From contig JANJGN010000030.1 in the NCBI GenBank assembly GCA_026770705.1, positions 24,738,001 through 24,802,000 of the forward strand: a DNA stretch of 64,000 nucleotides, given 5' to 3'. This document shows, in pieces, positions 10,896 to 23,407 of the stretch (position 1 is the first letter of the stretch; each line of letters begins with the position of its first letter). Both the position numbers and the translations under genes were made by a program. Origin of the DNA: Isurus oxyrinchus. Taxonomy: Eukaryota. A model generated the notes under the pieces. That model saw only the letters and a program-made list of their open reading frames with translations. It was not told the origin of the DNA and did not search any database.

Positions 10896-12787
10896 TAGTC
10901 TCAGTTTGTTCTGAGGAAGATACTGCCTCAGGCACTTGTACAAGGTCTCCAGCTTTGTAATGTTGCTTCCCACTTCTCAAATCCTTAATAAAGGAATCTA
11001 AGTATTTCTGTGTTAACCAATTCCTTGTGAATTGTTGGCACCTCGACGTTTATCAACTGAGCACAAGGAGAAGAAAAACGCAACAATTATAGCTTGCATT
11101 TATGTAGCGCCTTTGTCCAACAGCGCTTCATGGGCGCATCGGTGGTGGATTAGATTTCGCTCAGTGAGTCCGAGTTGCCGTGGCAACAAGCAAGCCCGGA
11201 GCTATGGATAGCGATGGCAGAGGCTCCAATTTTCTTTCCATCACCTGGCCGACCGGGATGACGTTGGTGGCGGAACGATCATGTGTTGGGAGGAGTTGAA
11301 GTTGATAATCAACCTGTTTGGCCACATTATGTAGACGTGCCTTCCTCGGCCCTCAGGGGCTGAGGTGGGATTTGAACCCAGAGCTTCTGGCTCCGAGGCA
11401 GGGACAGTGCCCACTGCGCCACAAAGCCCCTGAATGTGAGGGTTACCAATCAAAAATTTGACACTGACCCACATAAGCGGATATAAGGACAGGTGACCGA
11501 AAATCTGGTCAAAAAGGTAGGTTCTAGGGAGCACCTTAAAGGAGGAGAGAGAGGCTGGGAGATGTAGAGAGGGAATTCCAGAGCTTAGGGCCTAGGCAGC
11601 TGAAGGCCCAGCTGCCAATGATGAAGTGATTAAAATCATGGATACTAAGATGAATTATGGGAGTACAGATATCCCAGGGGATTCATTGCCATATTTTCTC
11701 CCATGACACTCCTGTGAAGCATTTTTGGGTGGTTTATTACATTAAAGGCACTACATAAATATAAGTTGTTGTTGGTTGTAGCTGGAGGAGATTACAGAGC
11801 TAGTGAGGTGTGCGAGGGCCATGGAAGGATTTGAAAACAAAAGTAGGAATGTTAAAAATTGAGGCATTGTTTAACCGGGAGGCAGTATAGGGGAGCTTAG
11901 GGGTGGTGGATGAATGGGACCTGGTGCGGGTTAGGTCACAGGCAGGAGAGTTTTGGATGAGTCAAGTTTAAGGAGGGTAGAAATTAGGTTGCTCAAGATT
12001 GCATTAGAACAATCAAGTCTAGCAGTTACAATAGCTGTGAGCTCTACCACCTAGAAGGACAAGGGCAGCAGACACATGGGAGCACCACCACCTGGAAGGT
12101 CCCCTCCAAGACACACACCATCCTGACTTGGAAATATATCTCCGATCCTTCACTGTCACTGGGTCAAAATCCTGGGACTCCCTCCCTAACAGCGCTGTGG
12201 GTGTACCTACACCACAGGGAGCGCAAGAATGTGTCTCATGCACCAACACCTTCTCAAGGGTAGTTAGGGAGGGACAACAAATGATGGCTTTGCCAAGGAT
12301 GACATCCACATCCCAGCAACAGGATAAAAAGGCGTGGATGTGGGGCCAGCCGCAGATGAGCTGAGGCAGGGGTGGAGTCAGTTTACATTACAGAGATGGA
12401 AATTGGAAGCCTTAGTGATGATACGGGAGTGTGGCCGGAAGCTAGTCTCGGGGTCAACTCCGACATCAAATAATGCGAAATGCAAAACCTCACGTCAACA
12501 ACAGCTTGCATTTATATAGCGCCTTAAGACGCTTCACAAGAGGAATCCTCAAACTTTAACATCGACCGCACAAGGGGACATTAGGACAGGTGAAAAAACG
12601 TTTTAAAGACCACAATAGATTTTTTTTTTTGTTGGGCGCAGGTAGCCAGGAATGTGGAGGAAAGGCCGGTGAATGGGGTTGAGGTGCAGATCAGCCATAA
12701 TCTAACTGAATAGCAGAGCAGGTTTGGGAACGGCCTTCTCTTGTTCCCAATGTCCCTCAGGATCAGAGTGCAGTGTAGTGCCCCCAC

Positions 12788-12853
12788 CCCCTCAGCCACT
12801 GCATTGATGACTTGTGACTTTCTAAAGATTGTTCATGTTGAGAGAACACTCGG
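12788..12853 (-). CDS. Unnamed coiled-coil gene, exon (RVFSQHEQSLESHKSSMQWLR)
   Basis: Good acceptor tccttcttattgttcag, phase 2-2, 66 nt; donor GG|gtgggg is weak. Confidence 0.55.
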
Positions 12854-12984
12854 CTGAACAATAAGAAGGAAAGTTAACTGTTCCCTGTTGCATTCCCCAT
12901 GGCAACACCTCTACCAGAGTCCACTTGCCAACCAATCAGCACCCTCTTCTCATGCAGTAGAAATTGTTGCTCCCTTTGAAATAA

Positions 12985-15035
12985 TCATGTTCAACTAATT
13001 TATTAAGAGTTTTTTGAGTAAGTAACCAGCAAGGTGGATAGAGGGGAACCTGCAGATGTGGTGTATTTGGATTTCTAGGAGGCATTTTCTAAGGTGCCAC
13101 ATCAAAGGTTACTACATAAGATAAGATTACACGGTGCAGAGGGTAACATACGGAGAAAGGATTGGTTGACTAACAGGAAGCAGACAGTAGGGCTAAATGG
13201 TCCGTAGCAAGTGGAGTGCCACAGAGGTCAAGTGTTGGGGCCTCATGTATCTGCAATCCACATTAATTTCTTGGGTGAAGGGATCATATGAATGTATGAT
13301 AGCTAAATGTGCTGTGTATACCCAGCTAGGTAGGAAAGGAACAAAAACAGAAAATGCTGGAAAAACTCAGCAAGTCTGGCAGCATCTGTGGAGAGAGAAA
13401 AACTCTCTCAAGGATTTTCCCCTCGGCCATTTGGGGGCGGGGCCCGCTCGCCGAGGGGAAACTGACGTCGGGAAGAACCCCCGACCTCATCCCATTCCAG
13501 TTAAATTTTCAGGAAGGCAGGCAGACAGCCAAGTCAGCCTTCAGACCTTGTTAAGGCCCCTGCCCGTCCAAGCTTAAGGCTGTCAGGTAGGCCAGGAACC
13601 CCAGCGGGCTCCAGATTATTCATGAAACTTCATCCACTGGCGGGATGAAGTTTCATGTCCGTTTTTAAAAAATTTAATAAACTTTATGTGTTTCTTATTA
13701 ACATGTCCCATCTCGTGTGACATTATCACATGAGGGGGACATGTTAATAATTTTAATATCTCTCTATTTTTTGACTTTTCTTACCTGTCAGTAAACTCCA
13801 TGAGACAGGACTTTGCCTCAGGGAGCAGTGCGCACTTTGACAGTTGGGGATTCCCTCCCTCACAGAACAGGAGGCGCATAGCGCTTCCCGTCGGGCAGGC
13901 CGCTGGGCGAGCCTTAATTGGCCCGCCCACTCAAAATGGCGGCGGTCCCCGTTTCGGCAGCGGGGGTTGGCTGCCCGCCCACTGCCAAGCCGGTGGGGTC
14001 CGCCCACCCACTAAGGTCAAAATTCTGCCCTCTGTTTCTCTCTCCACAGGTGCTGCTAGACCTGCTGAGTTTTTCCAGCAGTTTCTAATTTTGTTTCAGA
14101 TTTCAAGCACCCGCAGTATTTTGCTTTTATCTTAGGTAGGAGAGTAAGCTGTCTTGCAGAGATAGAGAATCTGCAAAGAGATTAGACAGGTTAAGTGAGT
14201 GGGCAAAAATTTGGCAGATGGAGTATAATGTGGGAAAATGGGAACTTGTCCACTTTAGCAGGAAGAATAGAAAAGCAGTTTGCTATTTAAATGGAGAGAG
14301 ATTGCGGAATTTGGTGGTGCAGAGGGATCTGGGTGTCATGGTGTATGAATTAGAAAAGGTTGGTATGCAGATACAGCAAGTGGTTAGGAAGGCAAATGGG
14401 AATGTTGGCGTTTATTGCAAGGGGAGTGGAAAATAAAATTAAGGACATTTTAATGCAGCTGTACCGGACCTTAATTGATGAGACCACATCCTGGAATATT
14501 GTGTACAGGTTTGGTCTCCTTATTTGAAAAAATATATAATTAGGTTAGAAGCAGCTCAGGGAACATTCACTCGTCTCATTCCCAGAATGAGGGGCTTATC
14601 TTATGAAGAGAGGTTGAACAGGGTAGGCCCGTCCCCATTGGAGCTTAGAAGAATGAGAGGTGATTTTACTGAAACATCTAAGATCCTGAGGGGATTTGGT
14701 AGGGTAGATACCAGGAAGATGTTTCCACTTGTGGGGGAGACTAGATCTAGGGGGACACGTAAGAGGTCTCCCTTTTAAAACGGATGTGAGGAGAAATGTT
14801 TTCTCTCAGAGGGTCGTTAGTGTGTGGAATTCTCTTCCCCAGAGACAAGTGGAGGATGGGTCACTGAATATATTCAAGGCTGAGTTAGACAGATTTTTTG
14901 ATACACAAGGGAGTCAAGGGTTATGGGGACAGGCAGGAAAGTGGAGTTGAGACCACAAGCAGATCAGCCCTGATCTTATTGAATGGTGGAGCAGGCCTGA
15001 AGAGTCAAATTGCCTAATCCTGCTCCTAAGTCCTA
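12985..15035 (+). mobile_element. CR1-type LINE RT fragment interrupted by nested palindromic element (13340-14130), itself containing a TIR element (~13410-14030)
   Basis: VDVVYLDF-like motif near 13055; MEYNVGKWELVHF..RDLGV..; RRMRGDFTE; 3' tail near 15030. Confidence 0.85.
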
Positions 15036-15061
15036 TGCTGAGATTTGGTATTCTTGCCTTT

Positions 15062-15097
15062 CTGTCCTGATGAGTGCAAGATGAAAAGCTTTGACAG
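15062..15097 (+). ncRNA. Minimal type I hammerhead ribozyme motif (Penelope-derived)
   Basis: ctgtc-CTGATGA-gt gcaag at-GAAA-agct-TT-gacag: perfect 5-bp stem I, short stem II, palindromic AAGCTT stem III. Confidence 0.7.
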
Positions 15098-15277
15098 CAT
15101 GTCTCTTTTTTCAGCAACTCTCAAGCTCTGTACTACTGAGCGACTAGAAGGACAATTGTTAACGATGCCCAAAGGAACTGGGAACTATCGTTCCAGTATA
15201 AATCAATATAACAGCACTTCCAGCACGTGAGGGGAGAGAGGAAGGAAAGGCACTCACGTATTTAAAAAAATACTCAC

Positions 15278-15472
15278 GTATTAGCAATACTGTCGACCTC
15301 TCTTTTCAATTCTTGGATCATCTGTGTCGTGCGTTGATGCTCCCTCTGGGTACGCTCCCACTGCTGGTTAAAGGCTTCAAATTTGCCATCAAACTGGTTC
15401 AGGATCTTCAGCCTGTCTCGCTGTTGGGCGGTTTTGCTTTGATACTTGTCAATGACATTATCCAGGCTCTCC
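15278..15472 (-). CDS. Unnamed coiled-coil gene, exon (ESLDNVIDKYQSKTAQQRDRLKILNQFDGKFEAFNQQWERTQREHQRTTQMIQELKREVDSIAN)
   Basis: Acceptor tttatatgcag, donor AC|gtgagt, 195 nt, phase 2-2, heptad-like. Confidence 0.8.
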
Positions 15473-15842
15473 CTGCATATAAACACAGCCGCATGGTTTA
15501 TTATCCTAAAGGAGTGCTTTAGTGAAGAGCTGCCCCATTAGCACTAAAATCTCAGATACAGCGATTATAGTTCTCCAAACAATCTTGACTTGAAGTTTCC
15601 GCCCTTTGCCACATCCTGAAGTATCAGCACAATCCTTTATTGCTGTCAGTTTTTTAATAGGAACAAGGATGAGGCTGTTCAGCTGCTCGAACCTGCTCAA
15701 GCATTCAATGAGATCATGGCTAATCTGTATCTCAACTCCATTTACAAGCCCTTTCTCTGTATCACAACACCCTTACCTAAAATATCAACCAATCTCAGTC
15801 TTGAATGTGCCAATTATCTCCCCCAGACTTCCAGGTGTCTAC

Positions 15843-15923
15843 TCTTTGAAAAGCTCCCTGATCTCCCTCCGAGAGACTTGCTCTAATTTAACGGCATCTT
15901 TCAAGACAGCAGCCAGGCAAAAG
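15843..15923 (-). CDS. Possible extra/cassette exon (FCLAAVLKDAVKLEQVSRREIRELFK)
   Basis: 81 nt, phase 2-2 and in frame; acceptor aaatctctag, weak donor GA|gtagac. Confidence 0.4.
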
Positions 15924-16077
15924 CTAGAGATTTCAAAGGTGCTGCAGCTAACCAAGAGGATGTCAGGCAACTGGGTGGATTGTTATCATGCACAGCAAAA
16001 GACACAACAATATTAACTTCAGGTTCACTCTACGAGGTGTTAAAATAATCCTCAATTTCGAGAATTTTTTTAAAGAC

Positions 16078-16430
16078 AGGCCCTGCGCCCACACACTCCG
16101 GGCGCAGGCCCCGCGCCCACACACTCCGGGCGCAGGCTCCCCCCACACACTCCGGGCGCAGGCCCCGCGCCCACACACTCCGGGCGCAGGCTCCCCCCAC
16201 ACACTCCGGGCGCAGGCCCCGCGCCCACACACTCCGGGCGCAGGCCCCGCGCCCACACATTCCGGGCGCAGGCCCAGCGCCCCCACACTCCGGGCGCAGG
16301 CTCCCCCCACACACTCCGGGTGCAGGCCCCGCGCCCACACACTCCGGGCACAGGCCCCGCGCCCACACACTCCGGGCGCAGTCCTTCCTCGTATACTCTC
16401 AGCACAGGCCCCCCTCACATGCTTGCAACA
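16078..16430. repeat. GC/CpG-rich minisatellite (~27-29 bp unit)
   Basis: cccacacactccgggcgcaggccccgcg repeated. Confidence 0.9.
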
Positions 16431-16773
16431 CAGGCCTATTGTGCAGTCCCTCTGATTCTGGCCTCCCTTGCAGGCCTTCCAGTAGAGGCCTCTCTCGTAT
16501 ACCCCGTGAATATATTTGATATCTGAGTAATATAGAGATGACACTAGTTTCTAAGTGCGCAACAGGTTTATTTACAGTGCTTTAAAATATCTGCAATCAC
16601 AAAATATCCACCCTTATGTTTACTGCTCAGCTGAAGTAGCCGCTGTAATGTAAGTTGACTTCACTCTGAACACAGCCAGACTTAACCAATCAGGCCCAGT
16701 AAGCTTAGATCAGTTACCAGATTCACATGATCAAACGCAGAACAATTAAACCATTGAACACTACAAGGCCCAC

Positions 16774-17051
16774 CTCACGGTCTCTAGCATAATCGGTGAG
16801 ATGTTTGGCTCTTTCTCCCCGTGATTCGACGAGGTGCCAGGCAAGTTATTCTTTTCCTTAATTTCGTTTAACTGTGACGTAAGCACCTGTCTCAAGTCAC
16901 TTATTGACCGTGTAATCTGTTCCAAAATTTGCAGCGGTGGGTTGCCGGATCCAGGTTGTTTTCCAGCTTTCCTCTCGGAAGTGCCAGCGAACCTATCCTC
17001 TGACTCTTTTCTCGAGTTGTCATGCTTCTGGCACCGGTTCTTCAGTTTCTC
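16774..17051 (-). CDS. Unnamed coiled-coil gene, exon (EKLKNRCQKHDNSRKESEDRF..LQILEQITRSISDLRQVLTSQLNEIKEK..PIMLETV)
   Basis: Acceptor ttctctgtcccag, 278-nt open frame, donor AG|gtgggc, phase 0-2. Confidence 0.8.
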
Positions 17052-17689
17052 CTGGGACAGAGAATGACTAATTTACTTAATTACAGTGCGACATGGTATG
17101 TTCCTAAAAGGGCATTTAGCACCCCTCTGATAAGAACATAAGAAATAGGCCATTTGCCCCCTCAAGCCAGATCCACCTTTCAACAAGGTCATGGCTGATC
17201 TGATTGTGGGCTTAATTCCACTTTTCTTGCTGTTCCCCCCATGACCCTTGACTCCCTTGTAGGTCAAAAACCTGTCTAATTCAGCCTTGGTCATATTCAA
17301 TGACCCAGTCTCCACTGTTCCCTGGGGTAGCAAACTTCAAAGGTTAATGACCCTCTGAGAGAAGAAATTCCTCCTCATCTTTGATTTAAATGGAAGACCC
17401 CTTATTTCAAAGCCAACCCCCTAGATTCTCTGCTACCTCATCAAGATGATCATGTTCCTGTGTTTGCAAGTGTTGGAGTCACCTCAGTCAAGCTCTCAAG
17501 TCTGTTACCATTCTAATTCCAGGAGGGGTTATTGGATGGCCATCAGAAGTGGGAGCCATGGTGATATATCTCCTCCCTGACCCAAACTCATCGCAACCAA
17601 TTGCAGCATTCCAATTCTCACCCTGGTGGAAGGTGACATGCTTGGAACAATCTACTGGTGAGGTCTGAAACAGGCTGGCCTAGTGAAAA

Positions 17690-18090
17690 TGGCTCTGGTG
17701 CACATAGTAATGGTAATGTTAATGGACTAGTGATCCAGAGATCCAGGCTAATGCACTGGGGACATGGGTTCAAATCCCACCACAGCAACTGGTGGAATAT
17801 AAAATGCAATTAATAAGAAAAAATAATCTGGAACCGAAAGCTAGTCTCAGCAATTTTGACCATGAAGCCATTGTCGATTGCCATAAAAACCCCATCTGGT
17901 TCACTAATGTCCTTTAGGGAAGGAAATCTGCTGTCCTTACCCAGTCAGGCCTACATGTGACTCCAGACCAATGCCATTGCACCTTAACTGCTCTCTGAAA
18001 TGGCCTAGCAAGCCACTCACTTCAAGGGCAATTAAATATGGGCCACAAATGCTGGCCTTGCCAGTGCCTCCTGCATCGCTTGAATGATTT
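17690..18090 (+). mobile_element. V-SINE/HE1-like tRNA-derived SINE
   Basis: B-box ggttcaaatccc, central ggaaggaaatctgc..ccttacc domain, tail shared with HER1-like LINE. Other copies at ~22150-22515, 27800-28175, 47640-48100, 53800-54060. Confidence 0.75.
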
Positions 18091-18924
18091 TTTTCAAAGC
18101 ATGTGTTACAAAGTATTCATGTCTGGTCAATTACATTGTTAAGGCTAAGAGAAACAGGTGATGAGTATTAATTGTCTTTGAGCACATATAAATAAGGGAC
18201 ATTCCACAATCAGTGGGCATCACAGCGGCTGGGGTGCATCATCACCCTCAGGAACAATGTTTTGGTTTAGTTAGTTAGGTTTCCTTTGACACTTTGATTT
18301 TCTGTTGTGGTGCCCCACCAGGGGGTGTCATCCCCTCTCATTTATAGATTTTTGTTTGATTTATTGATCTGGTTTTACTGAAAAGAGTATAAATAGGGAT
18401 ACCCCTTAAGCAGCTGTTACTTAGTTAATTAGTTTATTTGTTTTTATTGGTTTAAAAAGAGCATCTAAATAGGGGACATTCCAGGATTGGTGGGCACTGT
18501 GGGGGCTAGGGTGCATCATCACCCCTGGAGACAATATTTTGATATGATTTTGAAAGTTTCCTTTCACGTTTTTGTTTTAGTTACAGTGCCCCACCAGGAG
18601 CTATCACCCTCTTTGATTATTATTATTTGATCATTTGTTCTTTTAAAAGAGACTATAAATAGGGGACAGCTGGGACACTGGGCTGGCGGGAGGAGAGCTG
18701 TGAGACTGAACAAGTCAATAAACTCAAGAAAGAAAAGCTCTGTGTCTTGGTTTCAACTTCACCAACTGACTTGGATTCTGTTAACACAAAGGTAGCTTTT
18801 GCTTGTGTTGTTGAGAATAGAACACACATCTTGATATTTAGTCTGTGATGGGTCAAGACATGCAGGAGTATAAATTGACCTTGACTGTTAGTGAGTCAGC
18901 CTGTTTTATACTCTGCCCAATTTT

Positions 18925-19470
18925 TATTGCCACTGGGTAGTACTGAGTAGCATTCTTGCCGCTGATGCAGAAGGTCAGAGGTTCGAGTCCCACTCCAGAG
19001 ACACAAGTGCAAAGCCTGGGCTGGCACTCCCAATGTCAGTAGGGAGGGAGTGCTGAACTGTTGAAGGTACTGCCTTTCAGATGAAATATTAAACAAAGGC
19101 TCTTTTTCCCTCTTGTGTGTGCACGTTAGAGATTCCATGGAACTACCCAAAGTCAGCAAAGTTTTTCCCCAGTGTCCCAGCCAATATTCATTCCTCAGTT
19201 CACATTGAAGGAAACACATTAGCCATTTATCATATCGCTGAGATTACAGTCATTTAAGCCAAAAGTAGTTAAAATACTTCAAAGCTAAAAATGAAATCTG
19301 CACCATCCAGTTAAACCTCAAAGGCCTTTTCAGGGAGGTGAACAGGTCTTAATCCATGGAAACATAGTGCAGGCTATGCTTTCTAATTTGGTACAAGTGG
19401 GATCTTGCTGTGCGCAAATTGGCTGTCACGTTGCAACGGTGGATAGACTTCAAAAAGTGCTTCGCTAGTT
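18925..19470 (+). mobile_element. Deu-domain SINE (SacSINE1/AmnSINE1-like)
   Basis: ggttcgagtccc B-box, gccaatatt..cctca, cttgctgtgcgcaaattggctg motifs. Other copies at ~25160-26720 (split), 36140-36400, 37090-37430, 37790-38170, 55715-56630 (split), 61250-61500. Confidence 0.7.
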
Positions 19471-19677
19471 GTGAAGCGTTTTTGGGGATTACCAGAGAAA
19501 AAGAAGCGAAAAATCGCGTGGAGTGCAGGAAGGGGTGACCGATTTGCTGCCTTCTACTTTGTGCCCGTGCCTGTAATGAACTGAAGCACTAATTCAGACA
19601 ATAGGCACTCAACCTTTACCAACATAATACATTTAGAGATAGGACATATGGTAGCTCAGATAATTCTTGCCACCTAC

Positions 19678-19749
19678 TTGAACAGCCAGTGACTTCTGCT
19701 GCAAGGTGTCATTCACTACTTCCGCTGTGGGCCTCTGTTTACAATTTTC
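19678..19749 (-). CDS. Unnamed coiled-coil gene, exon (ENCKQRPTAEVVNDTLQQKSLAVQ)
   Basis: Acceptor ttttgtcaccag, donor CAA|gtaggt, 72 nt, phase 0-0. Confidence 0.7.
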
Positions 19750-20329
19750 CTGGTGACAAAATCAGGAACAGGTTAGGCAGCCAGTCAGACGTTTAACTAA
19801 CCAGCCGGTAAGCTAACCAGCTGGCCTTTCAACCAATGAATCAGCGGGGCAAATTTATCTCCACAATCCTAGTACTTAAATGATGCAACAACAATAGAGT
19901 TGTTGCCCAAAGTGAGAAATCGCTATCAAGTCACTCGGGAACACAGAGCTTTAATGTTGCTGAAAAGAGAGACATGTTGCTGAAGCTTTTTGTCTTCCAC
20001 GTATCGGGAGAAATGCAGGAATGCCAAATTTCAAAGGGACACAACAATTTATATTAGAGGTGAAAATGGATGGCAAGTTGACCCTGATTGGCCATGGTGT
20101 TCCCATGGAGCCATCTAAATACAAGTTGCTGTTAACAGAATGTGCCAATTATTTCAGGTGAAGGCGACGCTGCACTGCCTTAACCCACCTGTAAATATAA
20201 CGTGCCCAGGTTTGCTGGAGGACCACAATTTGAAAGTATTTTATTAACTGTAAAGCATTTTGGGATGTCCTGAGGTTGTGACAGATGCTATATAAATGCA
20301 TGTTTTTTTTTTTAGCTTCACCACCGTAC

Positions 20330-20413
20330 CTCAAGGAATAATGAATTACACAGGATGGTTCTTCTGTCACTCTCCAGCTTGTTTAGTAAGTTTTCCAGCT
20401 TCTTGTGTTTCCC
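20330..20413 (-). CDS. Unnamed coiled-coil gene, exon (GKHKKLENLLNKLESDRRTILCNSLFLE)
   Basis: Acceptor cattgtcaatag, donor GAG|gtacgg, 84 nt, phase 0-0. Confidence 0.7.
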
Positions 20414-21044
20414 CTATTGACAATGATCAGATGCCAAGTTAATTAACTGCCCGTCATTCCCTTGTTTCAGTCTCTTTTTTTTTCTCTACCTCTAATTTTT
20501 GTCTCTGATTTTCTCCTTTCTGGTGGGTGACTGAGTGACCATTTTTTTTTTTGGGTTGTGAGCCAGGCGTCTCCTGGCTGAGCTTTCCCCTTCCTCTATG
20601 CCTAGGATGAAGAAGCCAACTTGGCTGGCATCAATTATCTCAGGGCAAACCAAAAGCTGTGTAGCCCAGTGCCACCCTGAACCTACTGAACCATCAGGGC
20701 TACTGTACCCAACAATTGCTACAGCTCATATACTACTCATTAATTAATTAACTCTATTAATAAAACTTTCTGCTTTGTCTTTCAGTCTTTATCGTCCATT
20801 TAACTGACCCTATTGCATGGCCTGTTGTGTATGTTATATATTTGATTTTCATCAGTGCTTTGCGGAGATGACATTAAGTTCCAAGTGTGCAGAAACCTTA
20901 TTTACTGAGTTTTATACATGTCTAATCCATTGTTCAGCTCGGATTCTAGCGGCTTCTGGGTTTCTACTTACTTTTCTCTGAGTCCACACCTAGACTTAAC
21001 CAATCAAGCGCAGTGAACATTTTTCAGTTACCAGACTCTCATAG

Positions 21045-23059
21045 TCAAACACAGAAGAATTGAACCAGTGAATGCTACACTGACCATCCAGTCATTTACA
21101 TTACCTATCCATCTACTCTCCTGCCTGGAATGATCTGTGAATCCATCATTTATTGCCCAGGGAGAAAGGAGGTCTTGTAAAGAGAAGACTAGTTGATCCA
21201 ACAAATCCATCCCTCTTTGACTGATCTTGACTGCCAGTTCCCAACTCCTCCCATATGCCGCCTCCCCTCTTTCTCTACACTGCGCTTAGTTGTCTGTTGT
21301 AACGACTTCTAATCATCATTTCTACAGCCTTTCCTTGAGATTAGATAATATGATGGCCGGCACCCACTCCTTAGAGAATTGGCACAGAGGCCAAGCTCTC
21401 TCATCTTCCAGCCTCTGTTAATTTCAGCTCATCCAGAATTCTGCTACCCATATCCCGACTCGCACCAAGTCCTGTTCACCCATTACCCCCACAATGTGCT
21501 TGATGACCTTCATTGGCTTGCAGTCCACAACACTCTGCCCTCCTCCAATTCTGGCCTCTTGCACATCCCTGATTATCACTCTTCCAGTCTTGGTCACCAT
21601 GCCTTCAGCTGCCAAGGTCCTAGGTTCTCTGGAGTTCTCTCGTTACATCTCTCTGCCTCTCTACCTCTTTGACTAAGCTTTTGGGCTCCTAATCCTCATA
21701 TCTCCTTCTGTGACTCAGTCTCAAATTTTATATGTTAGCGCTCCTGTGAAGAGACTTGGAATATTTTACTAGTTTAACGGCGCTATAGAAATACAAGTTG
21801 TTGTTGTATGGGACCTAGGCGCTCACTGCAGGCAGCAAGTACAGGGAGTCTGAAAATCCAATCCTAAAATTGTACACGAGGCTCATTTTGCCCCTCAGAT
21901 TCAGTTTAACTCATGCATTTCAGAACTAGAATGACAGAATTTTACTGCTCAGCAACAGGCCATTCGGCCCATCTGATCCATGCTGGCATTTATGCTCGAC
22001 AAGAGCTTCCTCCTAGTCTTACCCTATCAACATGTCCTTCTATTCGTTTCTCCCTCATGTGTTAATCTAGCTTCTCCTTAAACACAATCATGCAATTCGC
22101 CTCAGTTACTTCATTACTGCTACGCCAACATCTGCCCTTAATGTCACTGAACCAATAATCTAGTAGGCCCAACTAATGCCCTTGGGTCATATGTTTGAAT
22201 CCCACTAGGGCAGCTGGTGGAATTTAAATTCAATTAATAAATCTGGAATATAAGGCTAGTTTCATGGTCACCATTACTGAGACTATTACCGATTGTTGTA
22301 AAACTCCATCATCTGTTTCATTAATGCCCTTTAGGGAAGGAAATCTGCCATCCTTACCTGGTCTGGCCTACGTATGACTCCAGACCCACAGCAATGTGGT
22401 TGACTCTTAACTGCCCTTTGAAATGGCTGAGCAAGTCACTCAGTTCAAGGGCAATTAGGGATGGGCAACAAATGCTGTCCTTACCAGTGACTCCCACATC
22501 CCATGAAAGAATAAGGAAAAAGGAATGTGGTAGCAAGTTCCACATTCTTTGGGTAAAAAAAGTTTCTCCTAAATTCCCTATTGAATGTATTAGTGAGTAC
22601 ATTAAATTTTTTTGTCCCCAACTTTGAACTCCTCCATAAAGGGAAGCCCTTTCTCTACATCTACCCTATCAAACCCTCACACAATCTTTAAAAACTTGTA
22701 TCAGGTCACCCCTCAGCCTTCCCTTTCCCGGGGAAAGGTTCAATCTTTCCTGATTCTTGTAACCTCTCAGTCCTTATAAGTCTTGAATGCTACATTGAAC
22801 ACTACACTGCCTATCCTTGTATGCACAATGTAGAGAAAGAGGGGAGGGGGCATATGGGAGGAGTTGGGAACTGGCAGTTAAGATCAAAGAGGGATGGATT
22901 TGTTGGATCAACTAGTCTTCTCTTTACAAGATCTCCTTTCTCCCTAGCCAATAAATGATGGATTCACAGATCATTCCAGGCAGGAAAGTAGATGGATAGG
23001 TAATGTAAATGACTGGATGGTCAGCGTAGCATTCAATGGTTCAATTCTTCTGTGTTTGA
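21045..23059. repeat. ~235-bp inverted repeat pair (21045-21279 / 22829-23059)
   Basis: Arms are near-exact reverse complements (e.g. agagaagactagttgatccaacaaatccatccctctttga). Confidence 0.9.
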
Positions 23060-23329
23060 TATCACCCTTCATGACAAGTAATCTTTGTAAATCTTTTTTT
23101 GCCCTTTTTCCAATGCCTCTTTATTAATGTAATATTGAGATATGATCTGAGCACAATACCCCCAGTGTGGCCTAACCAAGATTCTGGACAAGCTTACAAT
23201 AGCTTTTCTGTTTTTGAATTCTATTCCTCCAGTCCCTGTCAGACCTGCCTTCACATTCTTAATTTGTCACTCCTAGAATTTACTAAATGGTCTGATTTGG
23301 ATCAATTTGAATTCTGGCTTATTGCTTAC

Positions 23330-23407
23330 CTCTAGTTTTTGAGTGTATTCCTTCAAAGAGTTAGCAGCATTTTTACTCTTCTCAACCCTCTCCAGAAAGA
23401 TTGCACA
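23330..23407 (-). CDS. Unnamed coiled-coil gene, exon (CAIFLERVEKSKNAANSLKEYTQKLE)
   Basis: Acceptor ctttccttgcgacttgcag, donor GAG|gtaagc, 78 nt; only phase 0 is open. Confidence 0.75.

Noticed and set aside
15963-16544. Overlapping 111-193 aa ORFs on both strands
   Set aside because: Translations of a GC-rich minisatellite.
17690-17790. tRNA genes suggested by ggttcaaatccc B-boxes
   Set aside because: These are tRNA-derived SINE heads without a complete cloverleaf.
18190-18670. Imperfect ~275-bp direct duplication
   Set aside because: Diverged and non-coding; most likely an internal repeat of a retroelement UTR with no further signal.
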